A DNA stretch of 64,000 nt, taken from NCBI RefSeq assembly GCF_009914755.1, contig NC_060936.1. One strand, written 5' to 3'. The stretch comes from the human T2T-CHM13v2.0 reference genome, Homo sapiens. A program made the position numbers and the translations under genes. The notes beneath the pieces are model-generated. The model was not told the origin of the DNA, did not search any database, and saw only the letters and a list, made by a program, of their open reading frames with translations. Shown piece by piece: positions 24,121 to 39,480 of the stretch (position 1 is the stretch's first letter; the number at the start of each line of letters is the position of its first letter).

Positions 24121-25926
24121 TCCCCAAAGCTCCCTGACTGCCTCAGAGACCAGCCCATCTCTCGAGGGAGCTGCTTGTTGCTCCTGCCTGGGGCTGGGGC
24201 TGGCTCGGTGGAAGTTGCAGTGGTCCTGAAGGTGTGCTGCTTGGATGTCCCCTCAGGCAAGAGCTCAACCTCCCGCATCAAGTATGTGGCCTCTGGAGTC
24301 TTTCCAGATCTGCCCGTGGTCTGAGCTCTCACAGCGCGACCCTGCTTCCTCCCCTTCACAGGCTTTCCCCTCAGGGAACTCTTACTCCTCCAACCTTGTT
24401 TCAGCATCCACTTCCCTAAGGACCCATCCCACGCAGGAAGAGGCCACTATTATCCTCAGCCTGCATACGAGGGAGTTGAGGCCAGAGTCAGAGAACACGC
24501 CCAGGGGTGCTTGGAGGCCGAGCCAGGACTAATCCCAGAGCTGCGGATCCAGAGTCCCATCTGTGGTTGAGGGTGGCCACGAGGAAACAGGACTGAGGAT
24601 GCTGGGGAGAGGATCAGGCCTCTTGGTGAATTCTCCCAAACTCCTTGGCCCAGGGACTGTGGTTATTGTTTGGGAGCGTGGGTCGGGAGAGAAGCCATCA
24701 TCTCTGATACCTTTCAGACCGTTCACTGCATCCCTGGCCTCCTGTGGTTCCCACTCACATTTCCTAAAGAATGAATGGCATCAGCTTCAGAGAGCGGCTT
24801 CCTCCTGTTTATTCAGTGCAGCACGGGCAGGTCCCAGGCAGACACTGTGGCACTTTCGGAGGGGTCATCCCTTTTGCCTCCCTTTCCCCACCCCCAATAG
24901 GTGAGTTCAGAAGTTGAGTCTTTGCCAGCCCAGAGGCAGCTGGCACTGCAGACAGGCACCTGGAAGGCACCACACAGCTCTGGGTGAGGGAGGGAAACTC
25001 AGGCTTCTGAGGACCCTTAGCGGGCAGGGATCCCAGGAAGCCCCTGGCCATGATGGGGTTGGTGCCCTGTGAGTGAGTGTTTTCTCCACCGCATGTCCAC
25101 TGCTACATGGCCAGCATGTACCGGGAGGCAAATATTTTCCTCTAATATTTAGATTTGGGAACATTTTTTTCCTCCAGTTGCTCTTGAAACATGTAACCTT
25201 GGCAGGAGAAAAATGTACTTTTTTTTTCTCACTTAATTCAGATTCTACCAGTCTCATTTTTAGCTCACGGGATTGAATGCTGTGTAAATGGTTTTTCACC
25301 CTATGGCCCCGCTCAGGAGCATTTTTCCATAAGGAGGCATTTAATGATAAGCACAAGAGCAATTGCGGTGTTTTTCTCTGACTGTGGTATCTGTCAGTAA
25401 ATAACCAGAATGATACTAATGAGCATTTTATTCAGCGGTCCCAGGGTCCGCCCTGGCCGTGAAGACGTGCTGAACCCATCCGTGGGGCTCAGTGACAACC
25501 TCCCCTCTTTGCAGGATGGAGGGAGCTGAAATGTTCCTGGTCTGGGTGCTGCTGCTGGTTTGCTTTGCGACGTTGCACTGGTCATGATGCTCTCTGAACT
25601 TTGGTTTCACAACTGTAATAGGAGGGGATTAACTCAAATCAGGGCTGCAAATCCATTTTCATGAGCTGAATGCATTTTTTGGAATCATCATTTTCCCCTT
25701 TCTTTCTTCGGGATGTTTCCAACTCACATAAAGCAGAAAGACTAGTATGGTGAAATTCCACATTCCCATACTCCAGACTCTACAGTTATGAACACACAGC
25801 CGGTTTTATTTCAACCCTATTTCTACCCGCTACCCACCTTCCTCTTGGATTATTATATCAAAGCAAAATGCAGACGTCTTATAATTTTGTGTGCATTTCT
25901 AAAAAAAAAAAAAAAAAAAAAGACCC

Positions 25927-26223
<297 letters not shown>

Positions 26224-26816
26224 TTAAACCTCATTTTTAATATTGTCATAATACCGTAAACTGATTAAAATTTAACACTATCCTCAAACATCCAGTCTGT
26301 GTTCAAATTTCCCCAATTGCCTCATAAGTGTCTTCTTTTCCTCCTCCTTCCTTTAATATTTTGCATTCCTATGGGCAATGTGTGAGAGCACCGGCTTCCC
26401 CACAGCCTGGCCAACAGGACATGCTGTTAAACTTTTGGATTTTGCCAATTTAATGAGCAAGAAATGATACTTTATGCAGGTTTAATTTATATATTATTAT
26501 GGGTGAGGATAAACATCTTATATGTTTATTATCCATTTGCATTTATTTTTGGCAAAATTATTGTTCATATCTCTTGCCCATTTTTCTGTGATTTTGAGTC
26601 ATATTGAGGAACTTTTACCTTTTCTTAAGTTGTAAAGGAATTCATCCATGTTTTGCTCTAATATCCACATAGTTGTATTCTTGCCGTCTTTCTTTCCTTT
26701 TTGTGTTTATTCCTTTAAGAAAACATCTTACCTGTTTGGAATGCATCTTGGTATAGCAGATTTAGGTTTTGTAACCTTCCCATATTGCTCACCAGTTACT
26801 CCAAAACCATTTAGTC

Positions 26817-27137
<321 letters not shown>

Positions 27138-28223
27138 TTAGTCTACTCCATTGGTCTACCAGTCTAAACAGTCATACACTCTGTTTAATGTCAGAGGCTT
27201 GGATCTACTGATATCCTTCCCACTACCTGGCATTTTTGGAGATACTTGCTTATCTTTCCAAATTAAATTTCTAAAATTAAGATGTTTTAGCTTCAGGGAA
27301 AATTATTTTTATTGGAATCATATTACATTTATAAATTAAATTATGAAGACATGACATTTTTCTGAGGCTGCATTTGTTTTCATACAAGAACAGGATATTT
27401 TTCCATTTTTTTGAGTCTACTTTCATATTTACCAGGATCGTTTAACAACTTTCTTCATATAATTGTGGACAAATTTTGCTAATATTTTCACCTAGGTGTT
27501 CTATTATCATTAATTACTCTTCTATTATGTCATCTGACTCCTTTTGATTGTATATGGGAAGTTTATTAAGTTTTTATATTGACATTTTACATGCTAATTC
27601 CCCAACTTCTCTTCATATTTGTAGTTTTTTCATTCTTTGGGATTTTCTAGGTATGTAGTTACATCATCTACAAATATTTTTTATTTGTAATTTTATCTCT
27701 AGAGGTAGATATAAGAATAGTTTCATCTCTACCTTTTCAATTTTTATTCCCCATTTATATTCTCTTTTTTAATTACATTGACTTCCAACACAATCCCAAA
27801 TCAAATAGTAATGGGGAGATTGGGCAATGCAGAGATTCTAGGATTTCCATTAAGTAAAGTGCTGGTGTTCAGCTGAGATACGTGTGTGTGTGTCTGTGTG
27901 TACGTGTGTGTGTGTATACATATCCATATACACATAAAAAGTATGCATCAATCCATTTTTTAATACATGTGTAGAATTTCATTAAATGCAATGCATTTGT
28001 GGGCATAATCTAATGATTTTTCTCCTTAGCTCTTTTAATATAAGGTTTGCAATACATTAATGCATTTTAAAATATTCAACCACTCCGCATTTGAAGAATA
28101 AATCCCAACGAGCCGTTCTGTGATTTTCAAAAACATGCTAGTGGGTTTTCTTTGTTAATTTTGACTGTACAATTTTTGCATCAATATCATTGAATTCATC
28201 AAGTTTCCATTTTTGGCAAGTCA

Positions 28224-28600
<377 letters not shown>

Positions 28601-29143
28601 AAACAAACTGGAATTTTTAAAAATCCATGCTGGGGCATGGTTTTAAGTAGCTTTGGGGGTCATGTGATTTTTTTCATGTTTAATGAAATTATGCTTTTTG
28701 CTTTGAAATAGGGAATTATTTGCTAGAAAAGATTTCTCATAAAATCTAAATGTTATAGAAAACAATAAAAAATCGGAAAAATTATTGACCCTTGTCTCAC
28801 GTTCATACCGTAGCTAACACATTCATGCTTTCATTTATTTGTGCAGCAACTAACTGACTGAAGCTGAGTTCTCATTGCTCCAAAGCCTTCTCTAGGTTGC
28901 TAGAATTCCCATCTAGCCTGCCTCAGCCCTTTGTAACACTCCCTGGACAACTGCCATAGTGACCATCCTATTTCCTGGCAAAACACCCACCCTGATAGAA
29001 TTGAGCTCTTCACTCTTGGGCACCCACATCCTGCTGCTGACCTGGCAACGTCCATCCTTGCTGACTGTTCTCACTGACAGCCAGGTGGGTTCTTGTGCGG
29101 CCTGACGATCCACTCACCCGCTTTCCTGGTGACTATTCCATAC

Positions 29144-29500
29144 CGATATGGTTTGGCTCTGTGTCCCCACCCAAATCTCATCTCGAATTGTAATCCCCAT
29201 AATTCCCGCGTATCAAGGGAGGGACCCAGTGGGAGGTGATTGGATCCTGGGGGCAGTTTCCTCCATGCTTTTCCGCCATAGCGAGTGAGTTCTCACGAGA
29301 TCTCATGGTTTCATAAGTGTTTGGAAGTTCCTCCTTTGCTCTTCTCTCTCCTGTCGCCTTGTGAAGAAAGTGCCTGCCTTGAAGAAGGTTTCATGAAGCC
29401 TCCCCAGCCATGTGGAACTGTGAGTCAGTTAAACCTCTTCCCTTTACAAATTGCCCAGTCTGGTGTATTTCCTTATAGCAGTGTTAAAATGACTAACACG
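29144..29500 (+). mobile_element. THE1C/D-like MaLR solo LTR
   Basis: 'gatatggtttggctctgtgtccccacccaaatctcatctcgaattgtaatcccc...gactaacac'. Confidence 0.88.
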
Positions 29501-29569
29501 TGTACTTTGGCCTTTTATCCTCACACCTACAACACTCTTCCTCCCATTCTCATGATCAGCTGATGTCCA

Positions 29570-30140
29570 AGCTTCCAATTTCACAAAGGAAATAAAAGCA
29601 AGCAGAAGAAACCTTCAACAACCTCTCCTCCCAATGCAGTCTGGGTCTATGGCATTAAAATCTGCCCTCCTTCCTATGTTACGGACAGACCACCTAAGGC
29701 AGCCCCTCCTGGCTGCACTAAGTCCCATCTGCTCTTGCCTTCTGGGGACATAGCTCCAGCCATTCTCCCCTCTCCCAGCTCATCCTTGACTATGTCCCAC
29801 AAGCTCCTTGCTCAGGGCCTCTCCCCAGCTGTCCTCTTTTGCCTGAACCTGTTTCCTACAGGAACCTGCATGCATCCTTCCTCACCTCCTTCAGCTCCTT
29901 GCTATGCTGTCCCCTTCTCAGTAAGGTCTCTTGCCCATCCTATTGATAATGATACCCCACAGAGTTTCTATCCTCCTCCTGCTTTCTAGGCCCCCAGATT
30001 TCTATATGACCGCTTACTTGTTATCTCATTTTCCATGTGTCAGCTCCATGAGGGCAGGGGTTCTGCTCTTCTGTTTTCTGCTCTATTTTCATTTTTAACA
30101 ACAGCTCCTGGATCACAGGGGATGCTCAATAAATCCTCAG
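29570..30140 (+). mobile_element. L2 3' region
   Basis: 'tcagctccatgagggcagggg...atgctcaataaa'. Confidence 0.7.
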
Positions 30141-30265
30141 TGTGAGAGGAAATTGGTTGTCATTATTCATTGGTTTTGTTAAGGCTACAGTCTTTTGCTT
30201 TTGCACCATCTTAGTGACGTACTAAAAGGAGCCACAGCTGAGAAGCTGCAATATCACAAACATTG

Positions 30266-30642
30266 GTATCTTAGTCTACTTGGGCTGCTGGAATGGAATA
30301 CCCAGACTGGGTGACTTAAACAACAGGCATTTACTTTTCACAGTTCTGGAGGCTGGGAAATCCAAGATTAAGGTGCTGACAGATCTGGTGTCTAGGGAGG
30401 GCACTCTTTCTGGCATGCAGATGGCTGTTTTCTAGCTGTATCTTCACATGGTGAAGAAAGAAAAGAAGAAAACTCTTTCCTGTCTCTTCTTATGAGGACA
30501 CTAATCTCATCATGACAACTCTACCCTGGGGGCCTCCTCTAAACCTAATCACCTCCCAAGATCCAACCTCCTAATACCATCACATTGAGGTTAGGATCTC
30601 AACATATGAAGTTTAGGGGAAACAAAGATGTAGTCCATGGCA
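30266..30642 (-). mobile_element. MLT1A-type MaLR solo LTR
   Basis: 'tcttagtctacttgggctgct...cacagttctggaggctgggaaatccaagat...ctaataccatcacattg'. Confidence 0.88.
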
Positions 30643-31029
30643 ACTGGATGAAGAGTGACAAAGTAGTCAGCCAATCCAGATTACTGGCCAGATCAGTCTC
30701 AAGTTTCAGTCTATGACGGAAAACACTTGGATGTCCTGGGTGTTCCTAGCGAACTTCCAGCTGTCTTTGTCTCTGCATCTGCCCCAATGTGTCACCTCTC
30801 ACAGGCCTGGTTCTTAGGAGCCAGACTATCCTGCCTATTGTCATGGAAAGATATTGATGGGCCTCCTCCTCTGTACCTTTTGTTCTTAGACGGGTTCATT
30901 CTGTCTCTCTCTCTCTCTCTCTCACTCTCCTTCTCGCTCTCACTCTGGTTAGAGGACAGTGACCAGAAATGTATGTTCAGCTTTTTCTTGAAAACCCAGT
31001 TTTTTCCTTACGATACTAACTTTCAAATC

Positions 31030-31480
31030 CTTTATTTATTAATTAAACATCTACCATGTGCAGGGTATAGCTGCTAGCTGAGAAGGGGAGCTAACAGCTA
31101 TATTAAACATTTACCATGTGCAGGTATAGCTGCTAGCTGAGAAGGAGAGGCAGCGTGGTAGCTTTGAGGAAAGAAGACAAAAGCTACTGCAGTGAACAGG
31201 AGAGGAAAATTCTTGCCCTCAGGTAGGGCACCCTAGTGGAGGGAGATCATCTGTAAACAAGGCCATAGTGTAAAATGATTTCAATACCAATGGCTGCTCA
31301 TAGTAAAATAACATGGGATGATAGTGTAGAGAGTGACTGGAATAGGGACTTTGATCTAGGAGACCAGGGGAAGCCTCACTGTGGGACGTGAACTGCAAGG
31401 AGGTGAAGAGTGTCAGCCATATGAAGAGTGTCAGCTTGGAGGGGCATGGGCTTGGGGTGTTTCAGGGACAGAGGAGGGAA
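31030..31480 (-). mobile_element. L2 fragment with an internal 60-bp-period duplication
   Basis: Antisense L2 tail-like sequence. 'attaaacat[c/t]taccatgtgcagg...gctgagaagg' occurs at 31042 and 31102. Confidence 0.55.
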
Positions 31481-31564
31481 GAATTGCAGGAGGATTGATC
31501 TCTATCTTGGAGAGAATATTTTGATGACAATATTAACTGGATTCACGGACATACTTAACCAAGT

Positions 31565-31943
31565 AATATGGTTTCTCTCTGTGCCCTCACCCAATTTCAT
31601 GTTGACCTGTAATCTTCCAGTGTTGGAGGTGGGGCTTGGTGGGAGGTAATTGGATCATGGATGCAGTTTCTAATGGTGTAGCACCATCCCCCTACAGCTG
31701 TCTCATGGTAGAGTTCTCAAGAGATCTGGTTCTTTAAAAGTGTGTAGCATCTCCCCCTTCACTCTCTCTTCTGCCGCCATGTGAAGATGTGTTTCCCCTT
31801 TGCCCTTCTGCCATGATTGTAAGTTTCCTGAGGCCTCCCCAGCCATGCTTCTTGTGGAACTGTGAGCCAATTAAACCTCTTTTCTTTATAAATTATCCAG
31901 TTTCACGTTGTTCTTTATAGCAATGTAAGAACAGATTAATACA
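31565..31943 (+). mobile_element. MSTA-like MaLR solo LTR
   Basis: 'cagtgttggaggtggggc...gccatgattgtaagtttcctgaggcctccccagcc...attaataca'. Confidence 0.88.
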
Positions 31944-32369
31944 CCATGGGATAGGCCATTATTTAACAGTGAGCAGAAAAGCCATAGGATCTGCTAGAAT
32001 TTTCATACAGGGATGGGGGAAATGCCAATTCATAAATTTGAAAGGGGCAGGAAGAGACCAAGTAACATTATGTTTTGATCCCATTGTGACAATTATATAT
32101 TCAATGCATCAGATGCACTTGGACTTAGGAAGAACTAGAAGATATTGTATTATGGACTAAGTCACAATTGCAAAATTATCGTATGATCAGTGTTTCTTCC
32201 TCTGTACCATCTGCTCTCAGAGTCCCTCCCCACCTTCCCCAGTGAGGCTGCAGCCATGTTGAGCTGGGCGCTGCCTTCTCTGTGGACTCCACAGTCCCAG
32301 GCTCATGACCATGAGGAGGGGAGGATGTGGTGAGGGTCGGGAATGTGGACTCACCACGCCATGTGCTTC

Positions 32370-32530
32370 TAACTGTTCACAGTGGTCACTCACCTCACTT
32401 CAGGTGCTTTATGCAGCAGGTAGGTCAGGTGTCCTTTATTTTACAGGAGGGGAAATGAAGCAGGTAGAATCCGTGCAATGGCAGTGTGAGCTGGAGGAAG
32501 ATTTGGGGTCAAGTTCTGTCCTCTGACCCC
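32370..32530 (-). mobile_element. MIR fragment
   Basis: 'ttattttacaggaggggaaatgaagca...gagctggaggaagattt'. Confidence 0.45.
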
Positions 32531-35500
32531 AGGGGCATTATTTCTCACCCTAGTTCTCACAAGGGGATGACTCCTGGCTACCCTTGGGGCAAGAGAGCAA
32601 TGCTGTGATGTGTGAGGTTGAGGACTACAGACAATTCAGCATCACTGGCTGTGCCATTCATGAAATGCTTTGGCTGGAGTAAGGGCTGGAGTCATTTTCA
32701 AGTATGCAAATTAAAGAAAACGCTCCCTGTGACTGGGTCTCTTCACATGCAGCTCTGATACTCTTATAAAAACCATCAATTTCACTCCAACAAGGAAGGA
32801 GGGGAAGAGGCCCTGGAATTGGGACGGAGGGTTGTGATATTTCAGCAGGTTCTGAAACCACGGAGTCAACCACCACCCTGCACTCATGCATTTTCATCCC
32901 ATAGACGCTGTTAGATGCAGTCCATTTAGCATGACATCACAAGCTGGAGGAAGAAGAGCCCAGAGAGCTCATTATCAGAAGCTGTCCAGGAAGGTGTGGG
33001 AACAAGTTCTGAATTAATTAAACTTTCATTTGAATAATGAGTGCATGCTATTTACTTTATTGTTGAGCTGCTCCAAGATAAGCAAGGAGGCTCCCTCCTG
33101 TGGAATGCCTGGCATTGAGGGGCCTGCCGTTCTTTGCTTGGGGGAAGTGAAAGAGTTCTTTTTAACTCCCTGTTATTGGAAGAAATGCACATAACTGGAA
33201 CGTTGTGGGAGTGACTATCAACTGTTCACCTGAGAAATGGCCTGGGGTCAGCCATCCATTATTTTCTATCCATTTTGACACTGCTCATTGCTGTATACAC
33301 CTTGGGCATCTACAATAAGGTCCATTTAATCTCCCTAAATTGTATTATCTCAGTCTGTCATGGAATCATGGTTTAATGCAATCTCTGCTTTTACCAGGCA
33401 GTAAAACTGAGATGGATGGCATTCTGATGGGTGCAGTAGCCTATGGTGGGTGCAGTAGGAGACCCAGCAGAAGGAAGGGAGTTCTAACCCACAAAATGTC
33501 TAGACACGTTTGATGTCAGCCTGGGCTCCGAGAAAGGATGGACGTTTCTGAACCGGAAAACAATTTGTATTCACAGTTGGCTAATGGGTCTTGGAGCTTT
33601 ATAAGGGTTTGCTAACCAGGCTGACAATAGAAAATTTAACTTGAATATTTTCCCTGTGAACGTCTGGCAGGTGGTGGTATAGAGTAATTGCACTTCTCAT
33701 GCAGGAGGAAAGAAATCAGCCAGATTCCCACACCCCGATAATTAAATTCCACACACCCGTGGTTTTGGCTGTATCTCTGGTAGTCTTTCTTCATTGAAAC
33801 TGCCCACTTCATAAATTCAGGTCAGAACTCTGAACTCATCAAAAACATCAGAGGTGATGGCCTACTTTTGTGAGTTTGTGTCATGAGAACACACACCAGC
33901 ACTCACAAAGATTCACAGAAGCAGGAAAGGGCATTTGGAAACTGCACCAGGAAAGATAGCACTATGGTGCTCAGATCAATTTTATACTTCTGTGACTTGA
34001 ATCGTGCTCTATATTTTATATTTTTAGGGCATTGGGGAAGGATACTCCCAACACCAGAAGATCTTCATGTGTTTATAATGGGTCTTGGAACTTCACAATT
34101 AGAATTGTAAGTTTCTTTGGAATCTTTAATGCTACCTAGTATTAGTGCCATGTAGCAGAATGTTGAACTAGAAAGACTTTAAACAAGAGAGGCGATTATC
34201 TCAGACACCAGGAAGCCTAAACCTGGGCGGTTTTAGGGTTGTCTCTGGAGCTCTTCCATGTCCTCCTCAGTGTACTGACTGGTTCTCAGTGTTGTTCCCT
34301 CATGGTCACAGAATGGCTGTCAGGACTCTGAGCATGACATCCTAACCCATCCACATACACAAGTAGGAAGAAGGCGTGTGTGTGTGTTTGTGTGTGTGTG
34401 TTGATTTCTTATGTAATGTAAAACCCAGCAATTAGCATTTCAGGATGGGTGCAGCCAGATGATACCATGGTCTCTCAGCTGTGTCCTCAGCCTGGGACTT
34501 TCATTGCCTTGGCCTATTTTATAGGAAAGAAGGGATGAGGCAGAGGGCAAAAGGTGAAGAGAAAATGCCCAATGGTGTCTCTCTTTCTGTGGTGTCTCTT
34601 AGAAGCCACACCTGGGGACCTCTGTCTAATTTTATTTGGCTGGAACGGTAGGACTTGTCTACTCAAGGAAAGCTAGGAGGAGTCTATACATTTTTTCCCA
34701 ACTGCCAACTTGAGCAAAATTCAGGTTTCTTAAGAAGGAATAGCTACTGGGACAGTAACCAGCTGTATCTGTCTGTATCCCCGTTATATAGATGAGAAGA
34801 CTGAGGTATGCAAAAACTTAGCTATTTTTCCAAAGCTACATAGGGGCAGTTAATCCTGATCTTTTGTGGTCCTTGAGGATGGACTTCTCCCAATAGGTGT
34901 AAGTGGGATGTCAGGGCTAATGACACTCCAGACACTAAGAGAATTGGAGAGAAAGTGTATTACTCACTCGAGGGAGCCCTGTGGAGGGCAGGTAGCACAA
35001 GCAGGGTCAGACTGGCTTAAGCAAGACAGAGAAAATGGTTTGGGCCCTTCTGGTGGGTAGAGGTGGGGCTGGGGAGAAGTTCCCATGCAGCTGGGGGATT
35101 TCATGGTTTGAATTTGCCCCTGGTGCCAAAGGAGGCAGCAGCACTGGCTTTCTTGTGTCTTGCCTGGATGGGAGGCAGAAGAGGAGGAGGGAGTCGGGGA
35201 AGGTGGGGTTTGAAAGTCTCATGGGGCTAATGTGAACAATGGAGTCAGACTCTTGATCACACCTGTGCCTGTTTGCCCCTCAGCTTCTGAGCCCTGGCTG
35301 AGAAACCTGGTATTAGAGAGAGATTTGAAACACCAGCTTCAGCCTCTGGGCTCTCAAGTTGAATGTGGTCTGATGCTAGGTAGGATATCTCAGGGCCCTG
35401 ATAGTTCTTCTTGGGAGAGGAAAGGGGCATCAGTGGGTCTGGGAAGAGGGAGACTGGAGGATGAGGGGCCATGGCACCCTTGTGCCCAATATAATGCCTC

Positions 35501-36494
35501 CTGTCTGTGGGGTTGGGGGGGAGGTGGCGGGCATCTGTGAAGGGTCATGGTTGTCTGCCTCATGGTGGTTGTGATGACAAATGGGAGATGTAGCAACCTT
35601 CTCAGCACAGTGTGGGAGGCGTGGTCAGTGCTCAGAACAGCAGCCATGAGTTGGCTGTGGTTTTCTTCAACTATAACAGAGAAAATCCTTTTTCTGTGAT
35701 TTACTGTCCGTGTCCAATTCCACAAACGCCGCTAGTTCAGATGTCCTTAATTTGAAAGTCATGATAATTGGGACAAGGCAAATTGACAGGTCATTATGAA
35801 AATATTCGGTGAGCCAAGAAAAAGTGCCCAAGTTAACATCACAAATACAGGTAATGAGCAGGATTATTGCAGCCTCTTAAAGGAAAACAACTACAACGAG
35901 CAACAACAAAACTCTCTGGCCACATTTATACTGGCCTGACAAGGTAATAGCAATACATTATTATTTATTTATTTAAAATGGTTGAGCCTTGATGTTTGCC
36001 ACTGTCACTTAAATTATCTTTGATCTGAGTTGGGTGGTAATACCATTATATTTATTTTTCTCATTTCTCAAACTTCAGACTTTTAAACCAGCATAGACTG
36101 AGTGTTCTCCTACTAATTCAAGATGGAAGAAGGTTGATGCATTTCTACCCTTGGTGCTCAACAGAGTTTGCTTTGAAAAAGAGAAAATAAACATTCACCA
36201 GAAAAGGAAATTAGAACGTGCTTTCATTAGTGGGCACTTACCACATTCTGCTTTCTAGAGGCCTGCCAGCTCTTTTGAAGAATCCATCATTACTCTTTTG
36301 CTTTAAACCTTAGGTCCAAACTTAAGAAAGTCATAACGCGATGATGGCTAATCTAAGAGGGGAACGCTTGTGCTGTAAGCTGTCCTGGCTACAAAAAGTG
36401 AGCACTCTTGTTTCGTTTAATGTGCTTATTTTTTGATGTACTTCACAAGTTCATTTCACCCCCTCTGTTACACACTATAATACCCAGGATCCTC

Positions 36495-37203
<709 letters not shown>

Positions 37204-38005
37204 GGCTCTAAATATCAAAGAGGTTCTTCTCTAGCTAGGACGGATTCAGTAGGTTTCTGTGTGGAGACAGGAGAATGGGTAAGATAGATAACAAGTTCCT
37301 CACACATGTCTCCTCAGCCCTGGGATTCTGCTCAGACAGGGTATGGACCCCTGCACAAATTGCCTTGCCATGCACTAGAGCTCAGATTTTCCTACATTTC
37401 AGTCATTTAGGAGTCATCCTTATGACTTTAAAAATCTGCTTGTCACCACACACCATCTCATACTGACTTTGTACAAGTTAGCATTTTTCTTTAACTCCAC
37501 TTACTGCTTTAAGAAACATCATCTAAAGATAAATCACATATCACTGACATAAATGTATTAGCCCATGGCTTTCTCTGTCGTTATAATTCTAAATTTTAGG
37601 ACAAAAATCAATGTATTTTGAATCATGACCTTGCATACTTCAGGTTGTTTTCAGAAACCATTGTAACTGTGGCAGTGATCAATGGGGGAATGCCAATGTG
37701 TTATTCAGTGAATGATACAGCAGCCCACTATCTGGCCATACGTGAATCCGCACCAGCCGGGAAACTGTTTGGGGATTTATCAGGAGTGGCAAGATGGCAT
37801 CAGAAGGAAATAAGCTTAGATTTCTTAACTATGAAATAAGCTGACATAAGTCTAGATTTCTGTTGATTTTGCCTTAAATTAATGAGGATGCAATTTTCAG
37901 TTTTCCCTAATACATAATGGGTTATCTTGAAGGACCTTGAGAGATCCCTAAACTTTCTCTCCCAGGACTCTCTACCCAGAGTTTCCCAACTTTCAATCTC
38001 TCTCT

Positions 38006-38338
<333 letters not shown>

Positions 38339-38649
38339 TAAATAATATTTTTCATACTATTTGCATTGTTAATGACTTCATATTTTTATTTAAAAATATG
38401 TTCCTTATATACAAATGTTTAACATGGAAACCACATGAACAGTATGAATAGAAAACCAACATAATTTGTTTATAATAGAAAATAATTATGAAAATAGAGA
38501 CAAAAAGAAAACAGAAATGAGCCTGATGCCTCCTTCCTATTCATTGTAAAGGGAGAACAGTGTCTGTTAAGGAGGAGAGGAATTAAAGGTTGCTGGGTAT
38601 TCCCCCAGCAGCCATCGCCAGTTTTCTTCAGATATTAGGTGGCAGCGTT

Positions 38650-39145
38650 TGCCTATCCTCTAGTCCAGGGCATAGATCATGATTGTTCTGTCATGCCAGT
38701 TTTGGTGGTTCTATTATTTTGTGGCTGTCAATGGTGTTGGATGCATCGTTTGACCCACTGAGACATACTTAGAAGCAGTCTTCTGGCATCTTCCAAAAAA
38801 AATTTCTCTCTGATAAAAGTAAAAGTAATGCAAAAAAACAAAACAAAACAAAGCAAAATCAAAAAACCCATTCCTATCCCTTTTACTCCCTTTTACTTTT
38901 GGGGGCTGCACTATGAGGGTGTGATGTCCGGATATGTGGCAGCCATATTGTTACCATGAGGTACAACCCTGCACATTAAAGTCAATCAGCTGACGGTGAG
39001 AGATGAGCCTGGAGCCCTGATGACATAGGTGAGCTGTTGAACCCTTTCTCCATGCATTTCAATGCTTCTTGCTAATCATATCTCTGTGGTTTAACAAAGT
39101 GTTAATGTGCTCTCTATTACTGTGGCTGCACTCGTTCCTAACAGA
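38650..39145 (+). mobile_element. Old MLT1 (J/K-like) LTR
   Basis: 'gcagccatattgttaccatgagg...gagcctggagccctgatgacat...gagctgttgaacc'. Confidence 0.5.
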
Positions 39146-39351
39146 CATTCATCCTATATTACTCCTAGTTAGGCCATAGTTATTTCCAGCCTTTGGCTTT
39201 TACTCATCCAGCCCCTGCCATTCTACGTCCTTCCTGCCCTTGACCTGTCCGTATCGCAGCCATTTGTCTAGTCCCTGCTTAATATTTAGCTCCAAGGTAT
39301 TGGAATCAGTGTAGATGTCAAAGAATTACAGTCTTTTTGGAGGTGTCTCTG

Positions 39352-39480
39352 AAAATAATTAATTATTAAATAATTAGTAATTAAGTTAATGTAGATTAGT
39401 ATTAATAATTAGATTAATAATAGTAAGCATTAATAATTAGATAGTTAATAATTATTTAATAATTAAATAATTAAAACAAA
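39352..39480. repeat. AT-rich low-complexity (TAAT) tract
   Basis: Nine TAATTA hexamers and internal palindromes. Confidence 0.85.
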
